In this document: positions 16,946-26,290 of the stretch, one piece after another | Numbering within the stretch: position 1 is the first letter of the stretch | Layout: each line of letters opens with the position of its first letter | NCBI GenBank assembly: GCA_964579265.1 | Contig: CAZOFO010000009.1 | Location: 1-31,762, forward strand | Reading direction: 5' to 3' | Length of the DNA: 31,762 nucleotides | From: Candidatus Micrarchaeota archaeon | Lineage (GTDB): Archaea; B1Sed10-29 | Notes under the pieces: generated by a model | Told to the model about the DNA's origin: nothing | The model's input: only the letters and a program-made list of their open reading frames with translations | The model's database searches: none | Made by a program: the position numbers and the translations under genes

Positions 16946-18097
16946 ATGTTCGAATGTACTAATTGTGGAGAAACTTTTTCCGAAGAGGAAATAAACTACA
17001 CCTGTGAATCATGTGACTCGGTTCTGAGAGTTAAAAGAGAGGTTTCAGAACCAAGTTTTGAAGGGATAGGGTTAGAGAAATATAAAGAGGCTCTCGCCGT
17101 TGATTCCGATATTCTCTCTCTACAGGAAGGTGGAACTCCGCTCTACGAATCCAATGAGATATCTCAAAGATACGGTTTAGATGATGTTTTCCTCAAATAC
17201 GAGGGAACCAACCCAACGGGTTCTTTCAAAGATAGAGGAACATCTGTAGCTATAACTAAAGCTCTTGAATACGGTTATAGTTCAGTTTCACTGGCCTCTA
17301 CTGGGAACATGGCTGCCAGCGTGGCTGCATATTCAGCCAAAGCAAGGTTGGATACAAAGATATTCGTGCCGGAGGAAACTCCTCTTGGTAAAATCTCACA
17401 GGTTCTGGCTTACAATGGAAAATTAGTCAAAGTCATGGGTAATTTCCAAGATGCTTTAGATAGAGCTAAAGAAGAGACTAGCAATGGTGCTTACTTGGCA
17501 GAAACAGGTTTAAATCCTTATTACCTTGAGGGAGAAAAGACAGTTGGCTATGAGTTTACCCGTCAATTAAGGCAGAGGGAAAAAGATCTTCCTGAAGCTA
17601 TAATAGTTCCAATGGGTACAGGTGGTCTTCTTTCATCCATATACTGGTCCTTCCAGGAACAGGAGGAACTTGGATTGATAGATGAAATTCCTAAGATCAT
17701 TGGTGCTCAAGCAAAAGCTTGTTCACCTATAGTAGATGCGTTCAATGAAGGTCATAAAAGACCAAAGCCTCCTAATAGAGTAGGTGACACTGTTGCAGAT
17801 TCCATACATGTTAAGGTTCCTTTGAATGGACATACTGCGGTTGAAGCGATGGAGGAAACGGATGGATTCGCGGTTCAGGTTACTGATGATCATATAATAG
17901 AAGCTGTGCTGGAGATGGGTAAGGAGGGGGTTTTTGGAGAACCTGCTTCAGCTCTACCTCTAGCTGCTTTGAAAAAGATAGTTGATCCTGAGGAAGAGGA
18001 TCTTGATCTTGAAGATGTTGGATCTGTTCTTTTAATGGTCACGGGTAATGGGTTAAAAGAATCTGAATTAATGGTTGAGAAGGGTATAAATAGGTAG
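16946..18097 (+). CDS. thrC: Threonine synthase (PLP fold type II)
   Basis: N-terminal CxxC..CxxC, SLQEGGTPL, KYEGTNPTGSFKDRG, ASTGNMAASVAAY, VPMGTGG, EPASA, VTGNGLK. Confidence 0.92.
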   Translation: MFECTNCGETFSEEEINYTCESCDSVLRVKREVSEPSFEGIGLEKYKEALAVDSDILSLQEGGTPLYESNEISQRYGLDDVFLKYEGTNPTGSFKDRGTSVAITKALEYGYSSVSLASTGNMAASVAAYSAKARLDTKIFVPEETPLGKISQVLAYNGKLVKVMGNFQDALDRAKEETSNGAYLAETGLNPYYLEGEKTVGYEFTRQLRQREKDLPEAIIVPMGTGGLLSSIYWSFQEQEELGLIDEIPKIIGAQAKACSPIVDAFNEGHKRPKPPNRVGDTVADSIHVKVPLNGHTAVEAMEETDGFAVQVTDDHIIEAVLEMGKEGVFGEPASALPLAALKKIVDPEEEDLDLEDVGSVLLMVTGNGLKESELMVEKGINR

Positions 18098-18129
18098 TTC
18101 AAGGTACTTCTTAATTTAGATTATCTGTT

Positions 18130-18474
18130 CTACTCTTTTTCAAATATTTCATTGAATTCTTTTTCTATCTTTCTCTTTGTTATGTTTGATAGTGAGAAGA
18201 GTAGGAATCCTCCTATCATTAGGATTAGGAATATTATTCTGATCATCTGGCCGGGTGCCATTCCCATTATGAACTCGGTTTCCGGTTCTCCTGTTATTGT
18301 TCCTTCGAATAGGTTTACTAGTATGTATAGGAAAAGGGACACTATGGTTAGTAATAGGTAGGTTACTTCGTTGCTTATTTCCTTCAGGTATTCTACTGTT
18401 AGATACTCGTATCTCTCTATCTCTTTTGCTTCTTTGCTTTTTATATCTGCTTTTTCAGCTTCTTTGTCAGCCAT
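18130..18474 (-). CDS. Two-TM membrane protein, hypothetical
   Basis: Two hydrophobic helices; co-oriented just downstream of rpl12. Confidence 0.75.
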   Translation of the reverse strand: MADKEAEKADIKSKEAKEIERYEYLTVEYLKEISNEVTYLLLTIVSLFLYILVNLFEGTITGEPETEFIMGMAPGQMIRIIFLILMIGGFLLFSLSNITKRKIEKEFNEIFEKE

Positions 18475-18514
18475 TTTTCTCAGGTTTGTGTCCCGTTATT
18501 TTTCACAGGTTTTA

Positions 18515-18829
18515 TTATTCGAATAGTGATCCTAGTCCTTCTGCTGCTTCTTCTTCAGACACTTCTTCTTCGTCTTCTTCTTCCTCTTCTTCTTCGTCTT
18601 CTTCTGTTTCTGATTCTTCTGTTTTTTCTTGTGTTGCTGCTGGTGCCGGTGCTGCTGCTTGTTTTTCCACTGCTTCTTTTATGTCTACGTCTTCTAGTGC
18701 AGTTGTCAGTGACTTTATCTTTGCTTCGTCTACTTCTACTCCTGCTGCTTCTATTACATCGCTCAATGTGTCTTCGGTTATTTCTTTTTCTGCGGAGTCT
18801 AGTAGTAGTGCGGCGTACACGTATTCCAT
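18515..18829 (-). CDS. rpl12: 50S ribosomal stalk protein P1 (L12p)
   Basis: [10 protein letters not shown] start, Ala/Pro hinge, acidic tract, and a GLGSLF C-terminal motif. Confidence 0.97.
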   Translation of the reverse strand: MEYVYAALLLDSAEKEITEDTLSDVIEAAGVEVDEAKIKSLTTALEDVDIKEAVEKQAAAPAPAATQEKTEESETEEDEEEEEEEDEEEVSEEEAAEGLGSLFE

Positions 18830-18878
18830 TTTCGTTTACCTCCTGTTAGTGTTATTTTTAATTTTGTATTTGTTAGTT

Positions 18879-19730
18879 TTATTCGTATCCTTTTTCTTTT
18901 AGTTGTGATTGTAGTGATTTTGCTTTTGCATGGTTTTGGTTGATTTGTTGTTCTATTGTTTCTTTGGTGTATATGTCTGCTTCTACCGCTAGGTTTCTGG
19001 CTTTTTGTGCTGATTCGGTGATTATTATTTCCGTTGTTTGTGGGGTGTAGTAGCTCGCTTCTACTGCTAAGTTCAATGCTTTTTGGTGGCTGTTGGCTAG
19101 TCTTTGTTTTGTTTCTTCTATATCTATTTTGAGTTGTTCTGGTGTGAATACATTACCTTCTTCCATCAGGGCGTTTGGTTCTATACCTATTTCAAGCGGT
19201 TTCATATCAAGTGTGTTTAGTGCTGCTGCTATTTCTTCTGTTATTTCTTCTCCTGGTTCTAGTAGGGTTGTGTCTTTGTTTATTAATATGTCTCCTTCTT
19301 TTATCTGTGCTGGTAATCCTGCTTGTTGTAAGTTTGATAGTATTGGACCTGGTTGTAGTCCGGTTGGTCCTTTTGGAACCACTATTTCTTCTTCTACTTT
19401 TTTACCTGGTTTTGCTTTTGCTTTTGATTTTTTGTCTTCCAGTGTTTTGTACAGTTTGAACGGGTTTTTTTCAGAGGCTATTATTCCGCATGGTCCTTTT
19501 AGGTACTTTTCCAGTTTTTCTGCGTCTTCGTTTTCGGATTTTTCTAGTCCTCTTTTTATGAGTGTTTTTCTAGCTACTTTTATCTCTGCTTCTCCTCTTA
19601 GGTCTTTTTTGATTTGTTGGAACTGTTTTGAGGGTAAGTTCTCTAGGTCTATGACTCCTACCACGGGTTTTTCCGCCATTTCTTTTATTTTTTTTACTGT
19701 TTGTTTTTTCCATTCTGGAACGGGTGTCAT
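18879..19730 (-). CDS. rpl10: 50S ribosomal protein uL10 (P0)
   Basis: VPEWKK, LPSKQFQQIKKDLRG, NPFKLYK, GPTGLQPGP, LDMKPLEIG, and helical P1-binding repeats. Confidence 0.96.
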   Translation of the reverse strand: MTPVPEWKKQTVKKIKEMAEKPVVGVIDLENLPSKQFQQIKKDLRGEAEIKVARKTLIKRGLEKSENEDAEKLEKYLKGPCGIIASEKNPFKLYKTLEDKKSKAKAKPGKKVEEEIVVPKGPTGLQPGPILSNLQQAGLPAQIKEGDILINKDTTLLEPGEEITEEIAAALNTLDMKPLEIGIEPNALMEEGNVFTPEQLKIDIEETKQRLANSHQKALNLAVEASYYTPQTTEIIITESAQKARNLAVEADIYTKETIEQQINQNHAKAKSLQSQLKEKGYE

Positions 19731-19743
19731 TTTAATCACTTTT

Positions 19744-20385
19744 TTATTCTATTTTTATTGATGGTCCCATGGTTGTTTTTACGTACATTTCTTTTATGTT
19801 TTGATGTCTTTTTGGAAGTGAGTTTGCTATTTCTTCGTATGTTCTTTCCGCGTTTTCTACTAGTTCTTCTATATCTTGTTTTTCTGTTCCTATTGGTATC
19901 TGTAGTGTGGGCATGAATTCTCCTTTTGCTTTAAGTTTTACCTGGTCTTTTAGTTTTTTTATCTGTTCTGTTGGGTCTGATCCTGGTGGTACTGGTGTTG
20001 GCATCTTGTTTCTTGGTCCGAGTACTTGTCCTAGGTTTTTTCCTACATCTGGCATTATGCTTGCTTCTGCTATGAAGTGATTGAATTTTTCTGCTAGTTT
20101 TCGTGCTTCTCTGGAGTCTTCTCCAAGTTTTTTAAGTTCTTCTTTTCCTATTACTTCTTCTGCTTCTTCTCTTGCTTTTGTAGCTGTTTCTCCTTCTGCT
20201 ATGACGCATATTTTTACTGGTTTTCCTCTTCCGTTCGGTAGGGTTATTGTTTTGTCTATTCTTTCGTCTGGTTTGGAGAAATCTACTTCTCTGAAATTCA
20301 GGATTAGTTCAATTGTTTCCGTGAAGTTTCTTTCTGGTGATTGTTCTATTGCTTTTTCTATTGGTTCTTTGAATTCTTCAGTCAT
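19744..20385 (-). CDS. rpl1: 50S ribosomal protein uL1
   Basis: RNFTETIEL, LPNGRGK, LGQVLGPRNKMPTP, YVKTTMGP. Confidence 0.97.
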   Translation of the reverse strand: MTEEFKEPIEKAIEQSPERNFTETIELILNFREVDFSKPDERIDKTITLPNGRGKPVKICVIAEGETATKAREEAEEVIGKEELKKLGEDSREARKLAEKFNHFIAEASIMPDVGKNLGQVLGPRNKMPTPVPPGSDPTEQIKKLKDQVKLKAKGEFMPTLQIPIGTEKQDIEELVENAERTYEEIANSLPKRHQNIKEMYVKTTMGPSIKIE

Positions 20386-20392
20386 TTTGGTT

Positions 20393-20425
20393 CCCTCCTA
20401 AGCCTTCTGGGCTTAGTGTAGCGGG
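20393..20425 (-). promoter_or_regulatory. Putative uL1 autoregulatory mRNA element overlapping the rpl1 SD
   Basis: CCC-GCUACA-CUAAGCC-CAGAA-GGCUUAG-GA-GGG: two helices around an asymmetric GA/6-nt loop, resembling the L1-binding site of 23S rRNA. Confidence 0.65.
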
Positions 20426-20475
20426 TTTTTTCAATGGATTATTTTTATTGTTGGTGGTTTTTATTGGTGATTGTT

Positions 20476-21153
20476 TTAGAGGTCCACTGTTTCTCCTGGT
20501 GCGTGGTGTTCTCCTTCGTCTTCTTCTTCCTCTTCTTCTTCGGTTTCTTCTTCCTCTTCTTCTAGTTCTTCTTCCTCTTCTTCCTCTTCTTCTGCTTTTA
20601 TTTCTTCCATTTTTTCTTCTAGTTCTTGTTTTCTTTTTTCTTTTTCTTCTTCGCTTACTTCTTCCAGTTCTTCTTCTCCTTTTATCTTTGCTTCGTATTT
20701 TCCTTTATTTATTTCTTCTATTATTTGTTTTGGTTCTTTTCCTTCTATTAGTACTCCCATTGATTGTGCTGCTCCTGCTACTTCTTTTACTAGTTTTTTG
20801 TCTGTTCTTGCTAGACTGTTATTCTTTATTGATCTTGCTACTTTGATTAATTGATCTATTTTGAGGTCTCCGACTTTGTACTTGTTGGGTTCTCCGGAGA
20901 GTTTTTCGAGGTTGAGTTCTTGTTTTATGAGTGCTGATACTGGTGGTGATCCCACTTCTACTTCGAAGTCTCCTGTGTCTGTGTCTACTTTGACTTCTAC
21001 TGGTACTTCTATTCCTTCGTAGTTTTCTGTTTTTTCGTTTATTTCGTTCACTACGTCTTGAACGTTCACTGGTGTTGGGCCTAGTTCTGGTCCTAGTGGT
21101 GGTCCTGCGGAGGCGTTTCCTCCTTCTATTAGTACGCTTATTGTTTCGGTCAT
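20476..21153 (-). CDS. rpl11: 50S ribosomal protein uL11 with a long acidic C-terminal extension
   Basis: GGNASAGPPLGPELGP, INEKT, VGSPPVSALIK, SMGV; about 65 extra Glu-rich residues. Confidence 0.96.
   Translation of the reverse strand: MTETISVLIEGGNASAGPPLGPELGPTPVNVQDVVNEINEKTENYEGIEVPVEVKVDTDTGDFEVEVGSPPVSALIKQELNLEKLSGEPNKYKVGDLKIDQLIKVARSIKNNSLARTDKKLVKEVAGAAQSMGVLIEGKEPKQIIEEINKGKYEAKIKGEEELEEVSEEEKEKRKQELEEKMEEIKAEEEEEEEEELEEEEEETEEEEEEEDEGEHHAPGETVDL
20515..20680 (-). repeat. GAA/GAG-rich low-complexity tract encoding the poly-Glu tail of uL11
   Basis: Imperfect (TTC)n runs on the plus strand. Confidence 0.8.
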
Positions 21154-21164
21154 TCTCGATCACT

Positions 21165-21620
21165 TTATTGGTATTTTTCTTTTTCGCTTGGAAGTACTCT
21201 TGCGTCTGATGCGTCTACTGTTACTGGTATTGGTACTTCCGCTTCTATTATTTCTACGGTTATTTTTTCTTTTCCTTCGTCTATTCTTTTTACTTTTGCT
21301 TTTTCTCCTTTGAATGCTCCTGATGTTAGTTCTACGATGTCTCCGCTTTTTATTTCGCTTGTGAGTGTTTTTTCTTCTATGAATGGTGTTACTTCTTCTA
21401 GGTCTACTTCTCCTTGTACTGTTCCTTTTGCGTGTTTTATTCCTCTTATCAGTCTTTTTACTTGTTGTTCGTCGGGTGCTTCTATGAATATGTATCCTTT
21501 TAGTCTGTCGACTACTGTGATTGAGTATATTTCTTCGCCTTCTTTTTTGACTTTTTCTTCTAGCATCTTTGAGGTGGTGTTTTCTTGTCCTATTGTGGTT
21601 CTTACTGAGTACAGGGTCAT
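21165..21620 (-). CDS. spt5: Transcription elongation factor Spt5/NusG
   Basis: VRTTIGQE, LKGYIFIEA (NGN domain), GDIVELTSGAFKGEKAKV (KOW). Confidence 0.96.
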   Translation of the reverse strand: MTLYSVRTTIGQENTTSKMLEEKVKKEGEEIYSITVVDRLKGYIFIEAPDEQQVKRLIRGIKHAKGTVQGEVDLEEVTPFIEEKTLTSEIKSGDIVELTSGAFKGEKAKVKRIDEGKEKITVEIIEAEVPIPVTVDASDARVLPSEKEKYQ

Positions 21621-21634
21621 TTTTCTTCACTTTT

Positions 21635-21832
21635 TTAGGCTAGTAGTACGTCTATTGATCTTATTATGTATGCTATTGCTCCTATTATTATCATTCCTAG
21701 GAAAGTTATTTTTGCTACTGCCCAGAATTCTTCTGATTCTGGTTTTGTAGCTACTTTTATGACTCTTTTCACTTGTTTTAGGAATTTTCTTAGTCTTTTT
21801 CCTTGTTCTTTTATTTTTTCGGTTATTGGCAT
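21635..21832 (-). CDS. secE: Preprotein translocase subunit SecE (Sec61 gamma)
   Basis: RVIKVATKPESEEFWAVAKITFLG plus a TM helix; conserved position between ftsZ and spt5. Confidence 0.93.
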   Translation of the reverse strand: MPITEKIKEQGKRLRKFLKQVKRVIKVATKPESEEFWAVAKITFLGMIIIGAIAYIIRSIDVLLA

Positions 21833-21986
21833 TGGTTCACCGTGTATTTTTTTGATTAGTTTTTGTTTTTATTTGTCTTTAGAAGGTATGCTTTTTGTCC
21901 CTTGTTTTTCTCTGGTTTTTTCCTTTTAAGTTCCTGGGTTTTTTATGCTTTCCTGGCTTTATAAGTTTTTCTTTTTACAGTGTTTT

Positions 21987-23126
21987 TTATTCTTCTCCCA
22001 CTACGTCCAGGTGGATTTCTGGTCCTAGTTTTTCTTCGCCTTCTTCCATGTCGACGAACGGTATTTTTCCTCCTGCTATTACTACCATTGTTTCTATTTT
22101 GTCTTCTCTTAGGTTGTCGTCGATCATTGCTCCCCATATTATATGTGAGTCTTTCTTTATTTTGCTTGATACTGCTTCCATCACTACTTCTGCTTCTCTT
22201 AGGCTCATTGATGGTCCTCCTACTACGTTTATAAGTGCTCTTCCTGCGTTTGATACATCTACGTCTAGTAGTGGGGAGTTTAATGCTTCTTCTACTGCTT
22301 CTAGTGCTCTTGCTTCTCCTGTTTCATCTGAGTCTGATTCTCCTAGTCCGATCATTGCTGCTCCGCCGTCTTCGAGAATAGTTCTTATGTCTGCGAAGTC
22401 CAGGTTAACTAATCCTGGTTTTGTGATCATTTCGGTTATCCCTTTTACTGCGTTGGCTAGTACTTCGTCCGCTACTTTGAAAGCTGCGTTTAGCGGTAGT
22501 TCTGGTACTATTTCAAGTAATTTATCGTTTGGTATGACTATGACTGTGTCCGCGCTTTCTCTGAGTTTTTTAAGTCCTTTTAGTGCGTTGTCCATTCTTT
22601 TTTCTCCTTCCACGCTGAATGGTAGTGTTACGACTGCTACGGATAATGCGCCTTGTTCTCTGGCTTTCTTAGCGATTACGGGTGCTGTTCCTGTTCCTGT
22701 TCCTCCTCCTAGTCCGCATGTTACGAATACTAGTCCTGGTTCTTCTACTTGATCTTTTATTTCTTCTTCTTGTTCTTTTGCTGCTTTTTCTCCTATTTGT
22801 GGGTCGCTTCCAGCTCCTAGTCCTTCGGTTATTTCTTTACCGAGAAGTAGTTTGCTGTTTGCGGGGGTTGAGAGTAAGTGTTGTGCGTCTGTGTTCATTG
22901 CGACTAGTTCTGCTCCTTTGATGCCTATTTCTTCCATTCTTTTCATGGTGTTGTTTCCGGATCCTCCGGTTCCTATGACTTTTACTCCTGATCCTGCTTC
23001 TTCCACTGTTTTCTTTAATTCTTCGTCTTCGGTTCCCTTGTCCGAGCTGTTGGTTTTTGTCTTTTTCACGGCGTTTTCTTCCTTTGCTTTTGCCTCTTCG
23101 ATGGTTTCTTTTATTCTCTTTTTCAT
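21987..23126 (-). CDS. ftsZ: Cell division protein FtsZ (FtsZ1-type context)
   Basis: [24 protein letters not shown] tubulin signature, NLDFAD; upstream of secE-spt5. Confidence 0.98.
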   Translation of the reverse strand: MKKRIKETIEEAKAKEENAVKKTKTNSSDKGTEDEELKKTVEEAGSGVKVIGTGGSGNNTMKRMEEIGIKGAELVAMNTDAQHLLSTPANSKLLLGKEITEGLGAGSDPQIGEKAAKEQEEEIKDQVEEPGLVFVTCGLGGGTGTGTAPVIAKKAREQGALSVAVVTLPFSVEGEKRMDNALKGLKKLRESADTVIVIPNDKLLEIVPELPLNAAFKVADEVLANAVKGITEMITKPGLVNLDFADIRTILEDGGAAMIGLGESDSDETGEARALEAVEEALNSPLLDVDVSNAGRALINVVGGPSMSLREAEVVMEAVSSKIKKDSHIIWGAMIDDNLREDKIETMVVIAGGKIPFVDMEEGEEKLGPEIHLDVVGEE

Positions 23127-23414
23127 TTTCTTACCTCCAAGTTTTCCTCTAGTTTCCAGTTATTTTGGCTGTTGGTTTTGATTTTTCAGTATTTCGATGA
23201 TCCTTATCCTTCCAGTATAATTATTTTTGTTATTGGATTATTTATACATTTATGGGTTGGATTGAGGATAATAATTAGAATTCATGAATTTAAAATCTTT
23301 TCATTTTTTTATATAACGCCTGAGTTAATGTCCTGTAACCACCATCAGGTTTTTGAAATACCAAAACCATTTATTTATAAAGAACTTAGAATGAAAAGGG
23401 AGGAGGATTTTGAA

Positions 23415-24686
23415 ATGCCTGGAAAAGTTATCAAGGACCCGGTCCACGGGTTCATAGAACTGAATAAGATTCAAGAAGAACTACTGGAACAGCCAGAGTT
23501 ACAGAGACTCGCCTGGATAAAACAACTGGGATTAACTTTTCTAGTTTATCCTGGAGCACATCAGACAAGGCTAGAGCATTCTCTTGGAACTTCCCATCTA
23601 GCTGGAAAAGTAGCGGAAAAGCTTTCACTTGATGAGAAAGAGAAAAAGACTCTCGAAGTAGCTGGAATGCTTCACGATCTAGGACATGCTCCCTTCAGCC
23701 ACACCGTGGAAGAAGTAATGCCAAGGGACCACATGGAGATAACAAAAGGACTCATAAAAGGAGAAGAAAAAACCAGCAACAGGAACAAAATACCTGAAAT
23801 AATAGAAAAACACGGTTTAAACCCTGAAAAGATAGCTAAATTAGTGAACGGAGAGTACAAAGAAGAAAAACATCTTCAAGATATAATAAGTTCACAGCTG
23901 GATATTGATCAACTCGACTACCTTGCAAGAGACTCGTACTACACAGGAGTATCCTACGGGTCAATAGAGACCGATAGAATAATAGACATGATGCAGGTAA
24001 CTGAAGAAGATGACGGAAAGACAATAACCTTTCTAGAGAAAGGAATAACTCCTCTGGAAGACTACCTGGTAGCTAGAGACCACATGTATTCAAACGTGTA
24101 CTGCCACAAGACAGCAGCAATAGCTGAAAAGATGCTTCTAAGATCATTTCAATCAGCAGTGAACAAGATAAAGGAGAACAAAGCATGGTTAGAAGCAAGA
24201 GGAGAAAAAGGAGAAAAAGAACTTAAAAGAACATTTGAAATGACCGATGGAGAACTACTGCAAGCATTGAGAGAATCCAATCCATATTCAAGAGAAATAA
24301 TAAAAAGAATAACAAGGAGAAAACTATACAAACAATGTTACTCCATAAAGACCTCGGATACAGAGGAAAAAAAGAAAAAACTTGATATGATAATAGAAAA
24401 GGAAGAAAAGAAGATAGAGAAAGAAATAGCGGAAAAAGGAAGTATAGATCCCGAAGAAGTGATAGTTAACAAACAGAGAGAATCCTCACTGAATGCTGAA
24501 CCAAGACTCAGAGAATTCGATATAATGATAAAACTCAAAAACAGTGAAACAGCAAGACTGGAAGAAGTATCAAAGATAACAAAAGCACTGAAATCAAAAC
24601 AACCAGTATCACACATCTTCTCAGTATACACAACCCCTGAAAACAGGGGAGAACTTGGAAAAACCGTAGAGAAATACTTGAAATAG
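23415..24686 (+). CDS. HD-domain phosphohydrolase, SAMHD1/dNTPase-like (COG1078-type)
   Basis: [68 protein letters not shown] favours ATG 23415. Confidence 0.93.
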   Translation: MPGKVIKDPVHGFIELNKIQEELLEQPELQRLAWIKQLGLTFLVYPGAHQTRLEHSLGTSHLAGKVAEKLSLDEKEKKTLEVAGMLHDLGHAPFSHTVEEVMPRDHMEITKGLIKGEEKTSNRNKIPEIIEKHGLNPEKIAKLVNGEYKEEKHLQDIISSQLDIDQLDYLARDSYYTGVSYGSIETDRIIDMMQVTEEDDGKTITFLEKGITPLEDYLVARDHMYSNVYCHKTAAIAEKMLLRSFQSAVNKIKENKAWLEARGEKGEKELKRTFEMTDGELLQALRESNPYSREIIKRITRRKLYKQCYSIKTSDTEEKKKKLDMIIEKEEKKIEKEIAEKGSIDPEEVIVNKQRESSLNAEPRLREFDIMIKLKNSETARLEEVSKITKALKSKQPVSHIFSVYTTPENRGELGKTVEKYLK

Positions 24687-24702
24687 AAAAGAGGATAAAT
24701 AT

Positions 24703-25107
24703 ATGGGTGAACAAGATAGAACCTACGTTATACAGAAACACGACGCCAGTAACCTTCATTACGATCTTCGTTTAGAATTCGAAGGAGCACTATGGAGCTG
24801 GGCAGTTCCAAAAAAACCACCAGAGAAACCAGGTAAGAAGAGATTAGCGATAAAGGTTGAGGACCACAGCCTGGAATACGCTGATTTCGAAGGAGAAATC
24901 AAAGAAGGGTACGGGGCCGGAGAAGTAGAAATATGGGACAGTGGAAACTTTGAACCAGTGAAAAAAGAGGAAGAAGAAATCATAATAGATATAGATGGAG
25001 AAAAACTGAACGGGGAATACGTACTGATCAAGACAGACATGGGTAAAGAAGACCAGGAAAACTGGCTTTTCTTCAAGAAAAGGAATGAAACAAATAAAAA
25101 GGATTAG
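24703..25107 (+). CDS. Stand-alone DNA 3'-phosphoesterase (LigD PE domain)
   Basis: [58 protein letters not shown]. Confidence 0.95.
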   Translation: MGEQDRTYVIQKHDASNLHYDLRLEFEGALWSWAVPKKPPEKPGKKRLAIKVEDHSLEYADFEGEIKEGYGAGEVEIWDSGNFEPVKKEEEEIIIDIDGEKLNGEYVLIKTDMGKEDQENWLFFKKRNETNKKD

Positions 25108-25207
25108 CCACAAACAAAGAGATAAAGATATTACTAAACTTCTCGTTTCACGCTTATACATTATTGTTTTCCTCATTTAAACCCTTTTTGCAAAAACTTT
25201 TTAAAAG

Positions 25208-26290
25208 ATGGTGAAAGAAACAAACACGAAGGGGGAGTTGAAAATTTATCAGGAAAAAGACTCTAATCCTACTGAACAACAAGAAAACCAAATAGAAGTC
25301 AAAGGAGTTACAAAATCATTCAGAGCAAGGAGCAAAATAAGAGAAAGATACAAAGATAGAAACCTACTGGTGAAGTTCTTCAAGAAACTAAGAGATAAAG
25401 AAAGGGAAAAGGTACTGGAAAACATATCACTGAAAGTAAAAGAAGGAGAAATAATCGGAGTTTTAGGACCCAACGGAGCAGGTAAAACAACTCTGATGAA
25501 AATATGCACCGGTCTAATGGGTCCAGATGAAGGGAAAGTAGAGGTTCTAGGTCACGATGTCCTGGAAGAACCTCAAAAAATAAGAGAAAGAATAGACGGA
25601 ATATTCGCAAGAGCAAATCTCTACAGACACCTATCAACAGAAGATAATCTGAGATTCTTCTGTAAAATATACGGAGTAGATGATTACGAGGAAAAAATAG
25701 AAAAACAACTAAAGAAACTAGGAATAGAAGATAGAAAAAACGCCTACGTGGACCGGCTTTCAACCGGAGAAAGAACAAAAGCAAAACTCATAAAAGCATT
25801 TCTAACAGATGCAGAAGTCCTTTTCCTGGACGAACCAACGAGCGGACTAGATCCTAAAATAGCTCTAGACATCCAGGACTACATAAAAGAACTGAGATCA
25901 AAAGGAATCACCATACTTATGTGCACTCATTCGATGAGAGAAGCCAAGTACCTCTGCGACAGAGTAATAATGATGAATAAAGGAAAATTAGTGGAAAAAG
26001 GAGTTCCAGAAGAACTAGAAAAAGAACTGGAAAAAGGAAAAGTCATCGAATACCACTTAAAATCCTTTGATAAAGGACTAGTAAAGAAACTGGATGAAAT
26101 GAATGAAATCGAAAACGTCAGGTACCTACTAGAGGAAGAAATAGTTAAAGTAATCCTAAAAAAACCCAAATACAAGGAAAAAGTAACTGAAAAACTAGAA
26201 AAAAAGGATGTGGAAATAGATAAAATTCAAGAAAAAGAACCAACACTTGAAGATGTCTTCATACACTTAACAGGGAGGGAACTGGAATGA
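25208..26290 (+). CDS. ABC transporter ATP-binding subunit (ABC-2 exporter type)
   Basis: GPNGAGKTT, LSTGE, LFLDEPTSGLDP, THSM, C-terminal PTLEDVFIHLTG. Confidence 0.95.
   Translation: MVKETNTKGELKIYQEKDSNPTEQQENQIEVKGVTKSFRARSKIRERYKDRNLLVKFFKKLRDKEREKVLENISLKVKEGEIIGVLGPNGAGKTTLMKICTGLMGPDEGKVEVLGHDVLEEPQKIRERIDGIFARANLYRHLSTEDNLRFFCKIYGVDDYEEKIEKQLKKLGIEDRKNAYVDRLSTGERTKAKLIKAFLTDAEVLFLDEPTSGLDPKIALDIQDYIKELRSKGITILMCTHSMREAKYLCDRVIMMNKGKLVEKGVPEELEKELEKGKVIEYHLKSFDKGLVKKLDEMNEIENVRYLLEEEIVKVILKKPKYKEKVTEKLEKKDVEIDKIQEKEPTLEDVFIHLTGRELE

Noticed and set aside
16946..18097. thrC as a recent horizontal acquisition because of atypical codon usage
   Set aside because: The deviation appears to grow toward the convergent ribosomal operon and recurs in other counter-oriented genes, so a regional skew explains it better. 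Transfer is not excluded without a gene tree.
18545..20680. (TTC)n-rich tracts as microsatellites or a CRISPR-like array
   Set aside because: They encode the acidic tails of P1 and uL11 and have no repeat-spacer periodicity.
9370..22921. Numerous long Phe/Ser/Leu-rich ORFs antisense to real genes (e.g. 9370-10053, 19093-19761, 21895-22752)
   Set aside because: These are shadow ORFs produced by the skewed codon usage of well-supported genes on the opposite strand.
23150..23220. TTCCAGT copies (also near 5593) as origin recognition boxes, plus the skew switch near 23.3 kb as a replication origin
   Set aside because: No full ORB with GGAAAC and a G-string, no cdc6/orc1 nearby, and skew switches recur wherever gene orientation changes.
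23172..23414. 81-aa partly hydrophobic N-terminal extension of the HD protein in the ORF track
   Set aside because: It is T-rich intergenic DNA. The family motif begins right after the GGAGG-associated ATG at 23415.
24703..25107. A complete NHEJ system
   Set aside because: Only the phosphoesterase is present; there is no Ku, polymerase or ligase domain in the window.
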